A DNA stretch of 48,618 nucleotides, counting the filler, from Sphacelaria rigidula (taxonomy: Eukaryota), in the NCBI GenBank assembly GCA_964200075.2. It is 3 parts of 3 records of this genome, joined end to end, with 100 filler letters (N's around TTAATTAATTAA, not from the genome) between each part and the next. Parts side by side here need not be neighbours in the genome. Positions count along the whole stretch, not along the records: positions 1 to 16,141 come from CAXNAA020001468.1; positions 16,242 to 32,382 come from CAXNAA020001469.1; 1 more part is not named here. One strand, 5' to 3'. A program made the position numbers and the translations under genes. Numbering within the stretch: position 1 is the stretch's first letter; each line of letters begins with the position of its first letter. The notes under the pieces are model-generated. The model made no database searches and was not told the DNA's origin. It saw only the letters and a program-made list of their open reading frames with translations. This document shows, piece after piece, positions 9,806 through 20,179 of this stretch.

Positions 9806-12800
9806 ATGGCTGAGGATACTCCAACCCTAATATTCTCGATGCTCGAACATCTAGCTTCTCTCGAGCCGAACCACCCGATGGAGTCCCGGGAGGCACTCAC
9901 GAACGCGATGACCAGCCTAAGCGAGGCCTTCAACCTCGATATCGAGGACCCCGCACAGGTCCGTAACCTTTCCCTGAAACCCCACACATTGGCATCGGTC
10001 TTCAGCGCCGGTGCGCAGACACTTGGCGCAAAGAGCTCATCTCAAACCCTCGCGGAGCTCAAGTCAAACGATGCTTTTGCGCAGTTCGTCAAGGTGGTGT
10101 CCGCCAAGGGTTACTTCAAAGGCGTCGAGGAGGGTACCCCCGAGTACGACGAACGTATGTCGAAGCTTGTCACTAAGTTTAAGGCGAGGACGGAGGCCGC
10201 TAGCGGAGGGCCTGCCGTGGAGGAGCCAGGAGTTGCGGCGAAGGGTGGTGTGGCGGGTGCGGGAGCGGCGACCACGCCGTCGACGGGAGCTAAGGCGGCT
10301 AAGGAGAAGCAGGCGGAAGAGGTGCGTTAGTCGTCCGTGTGTCGGCAGGGTGTATCTTTTGATCTTGCTGGCATGAACTTGCGTCTGTTATAGTTGGATT
10401 GTGAAACCTTGTCGAAGCGAGTTAATGTTGGCTGCTTTGAGATTGGGCTCGATCATCGGAAGGAGGCGAGGTATTCAGATGTATTTACCGCAGGACTGGT
10501 GGTCCGTACCTGAAGGACAACTTGAAAAAAAATATCAGATGGGGATACGCCACCACAAATTGACACGTTCGCAGTCAAAAGTACTTACCTGAAAACTGAT
10601 ATTTTGCAACCCCTGGACAAAGGACTCCATTGTCAAGAAATATACTGCATACAGTATGAAGTCTGTTGCATATTACAACAAACGCAATCGTCGATACCCA
10701 ACGCAGTACTCTTTGTAACACTGTAATCTATTGTCCAAGGTAAAGAGTATCAGATGGGGGTGCCCTGACACTAGTTGATAGTTCGAAGTCACTGATGAAA
10801 TTGCTGTGGCATACAAAGCCTCCTTGTCTGACCAAAGAGATAGTTGAGCATCTTTATTCCAAGTTGGTGCACGATGAACCCGTGGGTAAGTTTTTTAGCC
10901 AAACCATGTGTGCTTTTTTTGCTGTTGATCATCTCGCTGAGTCCACGCATTGTACATGGTTTTGCTCTCTACTGGTCCTATTACTATGCACGCACACAGT
11001 GCACTCTCTGACCTTTGAGACATTTTTGATTTTGTTGGGGCAGTGCTGGGACAAGTCAAATACATGTATCGGTGTTGCACTGCATGTCGCTCTCTCTCAG
11101 CTGTTCAGTATCAGAAGGTTTGATACCGTGCATGGGCAGTTGCATCGTTTCCACCGATGGCTCCCAACATGGCTACATATAGACAGAGATACAGTGTGGT
11201 CAGGTTGTCGATACTTTCTACAGCCCATAGTCTGCCATAGCTCTGTCTCAGCCTAATTACGATCAGCGATCGATGTTTTTTGGTGCGGAAAAAGCCTGGC
11301 GAGGAAAAAAGGGGCAACCGGGGACGACTGTAGCAGCGGCTCCTATCGTGCGTTCTTGCGTTTCCTGCTGTTTACTGAAGGACACGGCAACTCAAGGGTT
11401 GGCTGCGATATGGTACATACTTCATCTCTTGCGATGTGAAGAAACGCGGTCAAAAGCGATCTGGAAATGTTTGGGCATTTTTTCGAACGAAACATTCTGA
11501 ATCATACCTCCTGAGCCTTCTTCGAGGATATACGATCACTTGACACCAGATGATGTACGTGTTTTCAGTCGGAGCTGCCTTTCCTTCTCATCTCTCCGCG
11601 ATCTTAAGCTGCTTTTTTCATGAGTCGATTTCGGTCTGGAAAGGGTTGAATCAAATATGCCTTGGGTTGGGGGTTGGGATTGGGGTTGAACCTAGCCCCG
11701 ACCCTCACCCCCAAACTTAGCCCTATTCCTATGAACGCTGCGAACCACCTATGTGATATTTGCAGAGGATCCAAAAAGGTCAACCTGACAAGCGCAGATA
11801 GCAGCAAGTATAGTGACTTACTTCTGGGTGCGGCCGTCACTTTTGTTCCCCACAACTGCCCGGTCAAGCTGCAGGACAATCGGCAGTCACAGCAACCCAA
11901 TCTTATCTACGCTTACCTCCACTCACGTGCCTCTAAAGGCTAGGGCAGCTCCCGTGTCGTGTCTGTTGTCACAGCTGAAGTTGCGGGCTAGCAGTAACTT
12001 GTTACCACGAACACGATACGCTAAAGAAGTCAAAGTTGAGCGATTTGATGTGTTGAGCAAGCATCTTGTAATCTATTACTGACTGTGGCGGCGGAAGCCG
12101 CTGAAAACCTTGTAACAGTAGAAACGAGGGGGTACACCCCCCCGCGCACCAGGCAGGATAAAGGGGCACGTCGCCGCCTCAAGCGGAAGCCTGCCTCCGT
12201 TCGTTTCGCCCTTACCGCTGCAATTTTCTTCTAAAAAAATGCTCTTTTGGAACCCCAGAGAATCCAGAGGGCCCACGAGGCAAACCCCCCGACGTGCTGC
12301 CTTCTGGGCACTCATGCTGAATCGTATCGTTTGGTGTGCCCCCTCTTTGCCTACTGCTCGTTTGTATACCAAACTAGTCTTGGTCTTACACTCGAGTAGT
12401 GTCTGCTGTAGAGTCGTAGCAGTGCTCCTATCACGTCGCACATGTCGAGCGATGGAACCGTGGCCCAATCAATTCCCGTGGAAAGCATATACTAAGAAAC
12501 GCAAACGAATGCCCTGCTAATGTTCCAGCTTTCTTCCCCACAGCGCTTCTGGTCTGGCACGGCGTATATGGAGCTCGGAATCTGCACTGGAACTTCTCTG
12601 ACCCACGACTAGCCTGAAGAAATTCTCTCTAAAGTTTTGAGCAACAGATGATTGCACACTTTGGAGCGATATCATGAATATGTTTTTTTTGGAAGTCCAA
12701 TCTCGCGGGGGCACAGTACACGGGTTGGTAGAGCAGTGCCCCTCCCACTATATATGCGTGTATACTCTGTCTAAATACTCTGTCTATCGATACAAAGAAA

Positions 12801-14265
12801 GTGAGATTCCTGCTCGTATCCACGTCGACTACACCCCCCTCCTCCCTCGACCGTTGTCTTCCTTTGAACAACAGCAGAAACTAACGCTGTGTGGTGTCCG
12901 GATAAGAGCCTGCGATGCTAGAATGCATAAATTTCGACCTGCGCTTTCCCCCCAAAACTCTACATTCGTTCCATAACCTGGACAGTGGTATATCAATCCT
13001 CATTTTTCGAGCTACACTCTATTTCCCCGTATACCAGATCAAGGGTACTGGGAACAAGCTGCTTTTAGCGAAGGACTATGAGGGAGCGGAAAAGGCATAT
13101 TCGGAGGCATTGGAACTTTCGCCCGATGGTCCCAACAGCCACGTATACCTCTGCAACCGCGCCGCCGCGCTTTGTTACCTTGGACGTCACGATGATGCTG
13201 TCGTCGACTGCCAAGAGTCTATCGACCTCAACCCGCGCTATGCAAAGGCCTACACTCGACTAGGCTACGCCTTTTTCCAGGTACTACTATATGATGACTG
13301 TACGATGTGCTGTGATGCTGTGTGTCGTATATGTGAAATGGTTTGCTTTAGATCCCGGTGTTTCATGTCTCTCCACCTGATCTTCACTGGGCTGGTATTT
13401 GTATGGTCAACAAGCAGCCACAACAGTAGATGGGTGCATGTTTCAGTTCGAACACTGAAGCGTGCGAGCAGAAGGTGTTCGTCACGTACTGTACTGCCAT
13501 GCTCGCGTTTTTGGTCATACAACTGGTTGTTCATCCACGATAGCCCTTGATAACTTTGACGTTGGTTCCATGATATCGCGCCACCCCCACTCATTCACAA
13601 CGTGTTCATTGCCATCCACTCGCTCGGACTGCCCCCTGGATGGGTACATACACACACACACACGACCAACCGCTCATTCTAAAAATACAACGGGAAACAC
13701 ACAATAATGGCAGCTGGAGGACTACGAGGCGTCCGCGAAGGCATACCGCAAGAGCCTGGAAATCGAACCCGGAAACGCCGCCAACACGAAAAGTCTGAAG
13801 AAAGCGTTGAGTAAGCTCGGCCAAGATCCGGCTGCCGCGGACATGACTTCGTCAGAGCGTGCAGTGCCAGACATGTCAGCGTTAGCAGGAATGATGGGGG
13901 GTGGCGGGGGCGGAGCCGGTGGGGCGGGCGGCGGTGGCGGGTTGGCATCCATGCTGGCCGGTTTATCTGGCGGAGAAGGGGGTGCAGGTGGGGGCGCGGG
14001 ACTAGCGGGAATGCTAAATAACCCTGCCATGATGCAGCAGGCACAGGCGATGATGCAAAACCCGCAGATGATGTCTCAGGTGCAGGCGATGATGCAAAAC
14101 CCTCAGATGATGTCTTCGCTTATGGGGATGTTGGGAGGCGGAGGGGGCGGTGGCAGCGGCGGCTCGGGTGGGCCTGATTTATCTGCTTTAGCGGCAATGA
14201 TGGGCGGGGGTGCTGGTCAAGGCGGCGCACCGGGGTCGGGATCTAGTGACACAAACAACAGTTAA
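9806..14265 (+). CDS. SGTA: Small glutamine-rich TPR-containing co-chaperone (SGT/Sgt2 family), 436 aa; exons 9806-10321, 13038-13280, 13714-14265
   Basis: GT-AG phase-0 introns join in frame. N-terminal dimerisation motif (MESREALTNAMTSLSEAFNL); three TPRs with carboxylate-clamp residues (IKGTGNK..., YLCNRAAA, YAKAYTRLG); C-terminal Met/Gln-rich STI1-like repeats (MLNNPAMMQQAQAMMQNPQMM). Confidence 0.93.
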
Positions 14266-16324
14266 ATAGTCTTGGACTGCACCCCTGCGATCGATGTGCC
14301 ATTTTCCTTCAATCGCACCGCAGAGTTTGCGACGTTACCTTGTTTACGTTCTTGTCTGTTGCTTGCATGGTGGGGTCAGGATGCGCGTAGGGAGTGAGGC
14401 CTAATGTTTTGGTTGCTGCTGCTGCCAAATAGCTTGGTAGCATGGCTAGATCAATAATATTTTCAGATCCGCAGTTCAGCCACCTGTACCCACGTAGCTG
14501 TATGACGAATGTACACCCGCATGCAGGGGAAACGTTGGTAAATCGTTGATGCGATGCTCTGTGTCGAGTTGGACTTGCTGTCTTCGTAGTATTTTTCAGC
14601 CGACTACGCAGTCCTTGTCCAACGTGTATCGTGTGGTTGATAAATTGGAACTTTTTGTGTACCATCGCCCGGTGGCCCGCTATTTTGCGCTCAGAACGTG
14701 TATCCATTCGCCAGCTTCAACGTACCAGGATTTTGCGCAGCTTGGTTGATTTGCTACTCGTATTGTCGAGCGTTTTCCCTATCGTGTTCTCTTACCAACA
14801 ATAGACATGAATAAGATTGTTCTCCAACTATGTGTTACAACACATTATATGCCAACCTGCTGAAACGAACAAAATCCAACACACAGGCCAGTCGCACCAC
14901 TTGTGACAAAAAAATGCTACCGGCGGTTATTTGCTCGAGGTTTTGAGAGTTGAAATCTGACGTTCTTGAGGAGAGGCGCGCTATCACTGGAAGGCCGTCG
15001 TCAGGGAAGTGTTCACTCGGCACAAATCAACGTGGTTATTACTTTTTTCCGGGGTTGAGTTCATAGACTAAATTGAAGAAAACAAGCACCCCAATGTTCG
15101 GAATGGAAAAAAAAAGGTGAGGTCCCAGAACTAGGGCCTTCAAATGGTCTCGTATCTCTCCTCAAAATTTCGGATCCCAACTTTCGAAACTCGAGCGAAA
15201 AACTGAATCTATGTAGATTCCCCATCATATATAGAAATCCCGTGTATGGTACATGAGAGGAAGCATTTCCTTAATGATTTGGCACTTTGCCCCAACTGGG
15301 ACGAGTTGAAGACAAAAGTAGGTATAGTTTTTCTCGCCATGATGCCAGGTATAGGCCCACATTTTTTCAGCTCAAATGGGAGAGAATTCCGGGCACCTCG
15401 GCCTAGGACCGAACCGCCACCATGGGGTACCGGGACCAGGCCGTATCAAGATGATGGTATGAACTGTGCCTGGATCGATCAAATCGCAGGGTGGAGTCCG
15501 GGTTGGCTACGTGTAGCGTTGCATGAACCTTGTGTCATTTTTGCCGCTGCTCATCTCCAGCAGTGCGGCAAACCTGTATCCTCCAGGTTAAGTTATCATT
15601 GTCTCGATTTAGTGAGGGGCTCTTGCTGTATTGCGCCGCTAGCCCTTGGGAGAAAAGCAACGTGGCATCACGGAAGTCCTCCCGATAACAGACTCCGATA
15701 GCGTGAGGTTGATCACTAGAATGAAACAGTGCTTCCCCCACACTTGCGGTGACTATTTGGGCACCGTCAGTAAAAGTGTGAGGAAAACATTGTTTCGGGC
15801 TTGAACTTCAACTTTATTTTATTAACCTGATTCCAATATCACGAGGTAGAAATAGTTCCTACGAGCTGGGTCAGCCTAGAGGCGGATTTGAAGTTTGCAG
15901 GCCCATACTCTTTTATACATTTAGAGTTGGACCCTGAAGTTTGGTATGGACAGTGCATAGGGCATTATTTTTTTTTTGCTGAAGTACCAAAGAGTTTTCT
16001 TTTCATGAGGTAAGGGCATTTCACTGATACCTGAAAACCGATTATCGCCCTCATGAAAAAATACAACATTCGTGGTACTACTTTTTTTTTGAGCAATGGA
16101 CTAGAAAGGGTATACCTTCTCGTTTTTTGCCCAAGAAAGGTNNNNNNNNNNNNNNNNNNNNNNNNNNNNNNNNNNNNNNNNNNNNTTAATTAATTAANNN
16201 NNNNNNNNNNNNNNNNNNNNNNNNNNNNNNNNNNNNNNNNNGTCTTCTGTTGAATCGGCATCAATTTCAAGTGAAATAAAGTATGCATGATCCAGAAAGA
16301 CTAATCTCGCGGTCTAAGGGTTAA

Positions 16325-16545
16325 CAGTCGACGAGGAAAAGAGACTGCTGCACTCCTCTCGCGATAAAAACAGAAAGAGGCAAGCACCGCAGAAGGAAGG
16401 AGGGGTGATAGAAGCAAATAAAACAGAAAAAGCCCCTGTGTTGATCTTCCTCCTGTATGACCCCGGCTGGTGCGCCCACATATACCGAAAGGTGTAGACC
16501 GGCGTCCAGGAGAGATGGGACGACAACACACAACGCACCACACAC
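16325..16545. repeat. Dispersed repeat family copy
   Basis: Shares CAGAAGGAAGG.GGGGT, CCTGT.TTGA.CTTC and CCGAAAGGTGTAGAC.GGCG...GA.GACAACAC blocks with 30665-30820. Confidence 0.75.
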
Positions 16546-16548
16546 ATC

Positions 16549-16895
16549 TATAACTCAGCGTTACTTATTTCAACTGTCTGAGCCATCCGGGATAACTCAG
16601 CGTTACTCATTTCCACTGGCTGAGTCATACGGGATAACTCAGCGGTTCCGACTTCCACTGAAGAGCGGTTATTAGAGAGTTTCGGGAAACAACATTTTGA
16701 GCCAAAAACTCAGTGATAATTTGCGTCTTTTTACTAAAATTCAATCAAACGATAATTATCCCTGAGGTTTTTCTGGCCTGTTTTTGTTTTCCAAAACTCT
16801 CTACTATCTCCACTGAACGGGCTACACGGGATAACTAACTCATCGGTACTTATTTGCACTGTCTGAGCTATACTATAGGGTATAACTCGTCGGTA
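16549..16895. repeat. ~42-bp tandem array (GATAACTCAGCGTTACT.ATTTC.ACTG.CTGAG...) interrupted by a short MITE
   Basis: Three units at 16549-16665 and further degenerate units after 16805. Confidence 0.75.
16675..16801. mobile_element. 127-bp MITE flanked by TA
   Basis: GAGAGTTTCGGGAAAC...GTTTTCCAAAACTCTC with TA on each side. A homologue of its right end occurs at about 1996-2048. Confidence 0.65.
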
Positions 16896-17899
16896 TCTAT
16901 CGGGTTGTTTGTCCAGGCTTCGCATGTGCCCCTGCCAAGGGGACATGTATGCCTCGCTTCGAGGTGAAAACAAAAGTTTTTGCGAAAACGATGTCAAGAT
17001 GCTTTTTACTTTGCGAACTCGTTTTTCCTCAAACGATTTTCAGGCCCTTTCTTTTCTGGGGGGAGGGGGGGGGGGGGGTGGGGGGTTGGGGAGTGTTATC
17101 GCAGCGACCAATCACAGGTCGCTTTTTAGAAAACGATATTCTGATAAACGATCCATCGTCTCAGACAATAACCTGCCTTAATCAGACAGAAATGCAAAAA
17201 CAAAAAAACTATGGGAGTGGGAAGCCTAGCAGTTCATGCCCATGGTTGAGTACGCAGGCTGGGTTGTTGGGGCTTTATCTGTTCTTCACTGAGAAGACTC
17301 TCACAGGGACGCGCCCATCTAAGCTATGGCTTGTCAAGCCTTCGTATATGCCACGCGGGATGCGGTGGTGGCACGGTCACCGCTCCTGGTGGTCTCCACC
17401 CACCAAATATAAATGCACGGCACCGTAGTGTACTCTGTCCGATACTCACTACGACTCGGACATATATGTACAATAGATCCATACATGAACTAACGTGAGT
17501 GCAGTCCGGCGGGCCCAGAGCACCCACTTACTACGAAGGCGCCATGCTCATCAAAACACTCGTTCCGAACCCCCGAGCAAGCCAGGGAAACAAAAGGCCA
17601 CCTGCATGAGTCGGCACTTCAAGGATTATAACCCTTTAACAACACCTCTGTGATGCATCTGTTGAATCAGCTTCGCCCTCACTTGAGAAATGAATGTGAT
17701 ACCCAGATCGCCCACCCTGGCGGTCGAATGGTTCATTTTAGTTTCAATATTTCAGTGCCAACTTGTGAACCGCAGGTCCTGCTGCGCTCCAATACGCGAC
17801 TGTTCAGTACACTTGGCACACAGTAATTATTCGTAAACTTTATACAGCCATGACCGTCGCGAAGAATGTTCAAGTGAAAGTTCTCGAGAGTTTGTAATT

Positions 17900-18560
17900 G
17901 GCTCAGCTTCTTCGGCGTGTGTTGGCGAATTTCGTAAACTCGAGAATATTAACGACTTCGTCGTAGAAAATGGTTGACTGGCCCCCCACAGCTGTAGAAG
18001 GCCAAAAGCAGATGCTTGAACGCGCTCCCTGCAAACTATATCTTATGCAAGGTCTGGGGTTATTAGGCCCATTATTGTCGATACTGTTTTGCCAGAGATT
18101 TCAGATTTTGTTTTGAGTTTTCGGACTCTGCACTGGGACTTCTCTGAGAACGAAGCGGCTTGATTTTTTCTCCGAATATTCATTTTTAGAGAGGTCAGAA
18201 AATTTTGCACTGTAACGCAGCACTTCGGAGATCTGTCCTGTGAAGACGCCGTGGCGCTCGCAAGCATTTGAGAATCATCAAGTACCTTGCCAGTCCCGAC
18301 AATCTTGGAGATCTCCGAAAAAATAGCGTCGATGATCATGTGCCTTACAACCTTGGTGGGGGGTTGGGGGTTATTTGAGTCGGGGGTGCCTGCTGGAGTG
18401 TTACTTCGCTCAAAACGAAGGGTTGACATTTTTTTGCACATAACGGGGTAGCACCCTTCCTTCTGATCACGGTACCATCTCCAACGGGCAAATTGGACAC
18501 GTATCACTGTGGCTGCGACGCTTTGGTGATCTCTGGTCATAGTTTGCTCGCGCACATCAG
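17900..18560 (-). pseudogene. Highly degenerate Ty3/Gypsy reverse-transcriptase remnant
   Basis: ORF 18043..18555 shows motifs in RT order: TLRFERSNTPA (~MPFGLSNAPA), MIIDAIFSEI, VLDD (~YLDD), GLITPD. By eye only. Confidence 0.35.
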
Positions 18561-19406
18561 TCGTGAAGGGGGGAGGGTTTAGGCGAGTTCGTCGTCAGAT
18601 CGTATGGTCGACGAATCCTGGGATTTCCATAACTCGTACTGTACTATGGCTCTAACCCTGAAGGCATCTCGGGAAACGCCGCGCCGTACAGTACATGATA
18701 CAAACCGGTCATTCGAGTGACCTGACAAAAATATCCTCACTTGAGATAAACGGGTTTGAGTCTCTATGGAACACCAAAGACTACTAAATGCCCATCGCAG
18801 TTCGGTACCAATCTTTGTCCGCTATTATGGGACGACTATAAGTTGGCTTCATTTACGATGAACTTGATACCCTTGGCCGTCAGGGTACGTCGTCTGGGTC
18901 AGATGATATGATCACTTTTGAGGTGAACATGATACCGATTCAACAGATAACCCGCCCTGGCGGTCGAAGGGAGAGGGATTGCATAAGGCAGTAATCTGTG
19001 CAACCCACACATTATTGCAACCAAGCACTTGATTGCCAAGTACTTGATGATACCCTCGCGCTTTTCCCGACAAGTTGAAACCGCCGCCATTTCACATGAG
19101 GTGTCCGTCCACGGAACAGCTTAATCGAGGCTTAACCCTCAGACCGCGATGCGGGTAATCCGCCTGGATCACGTATACTTTTTTCAAGCGAACCAGATGC
19201 CGATTCAACAAATGATGACCTACTCTCGCAGTCTTAGGGTTAACAAAATAAACGACGCTGTGCTGTGCTCTGTACTGGTACACATATTTCGGTATTGTTC
19301 AAGCTGCTGCATGTGCGTATAGAGGCAGCTGGCACTTTCAACCAGCCGCCCAATGTTGTTTTATAGGTGGGATGCGCGTACAAAATAATCAATAATCACC
19401 GCTCAC

Positions 19407-19609
19407 GTGCAAGGATCGATGCCGTTTCCGTCGCACTTCTTGTGTCGCGAGTGACATCTTGCGCATGTCCGGTTGATGGTGACCTTGCCTCCAGGAGCGG
19501 TGGTACCCAGCGCGGCATTGAGCTTCATAAGCTCAGACATCAGGCGGCGTGAGTGTGTTGCGTGGTCTTGACTCATTGGTAAGTTCTGTGGAGCAACAAC
19601 ACTGGACAT
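19407..19609 (-). CDS. First exon of a Zn(II)2Cys6 binuclear-cluster transcription factor; downstream exons not found
   Basis: ATG-initiated frame ends RTCARCHSRHKKCDGNGIDPC (C-x2-C-x6-C-x7-C, four of six cysteines, with conserved K before Cys3 and P before Cys4), immediately followed by a strong donor AC|gtgagc. Confidence 0.6.
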
Positions 19610-20179
19610 GCTAATCAGCCTCTTTTGTGTACTTTCTCATAAAGGGGAACCGCGTGTGGTGTAGCTTGACTATCAGCAAGCACGCAACGGCTACTTGAGA
19701 TGAGAGTTGTGGGTCAGGTCCGGAACGATGCCGGCCTGGCCTGCTCCTGCAGCTGTGCCCAATAGAATTTTCCAGGAAAACGAAACGGACAAATGATAAA
19801 TCTACTAAAAAGAGAAGGGTACAGCAGCTGTTTATCTATTATCTGATCTTCAGAGTCATGAGCGTTACGCCCATCCTAGTGTCACTTTTGTCACCACCCC
19901 CACCCCAAAACTGAGACGCGACGGAGACATAGAAGTGGAGAGAGCACAATATCACATGAAGATGATGAGCAGCTTTATATGTCTCTGAAGCTACGATCTC
20001 ATCGAAGTACGACTCAATTCTACCGAGTACAGCGCACAAACCAGCGATTTATACTACCTCCCTCACTTGTTCACGCGAAAAGTCATTATCCAACATGCCC
20101 GCCTTGACACGTCTATCACAGCTGACCACTGACGGATATCTCCGAGCCGAAACTCCAGAGGCAGGTCCAAGTAGCTATT

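Noticed and set aside
13679-14044. Pro-rich - strand ORFs
   Set aside because: Antisense of the Gly-rich SGT exon 3.
15246-15741. 151-aa and 68-aa ORFs as the missing Zn2Cys6 exons
   Set aside because: No acceptor in the required phase yields the x-C-x6-C continuation.
16142-16240. TTAATTAATTAA embedded in N runs (also at 32383-32482)
   Set aside because: An identical all-frame-stop spacer in the middle of gaps is a scaffolding artefact, not biology. True gap sizes are unknown.
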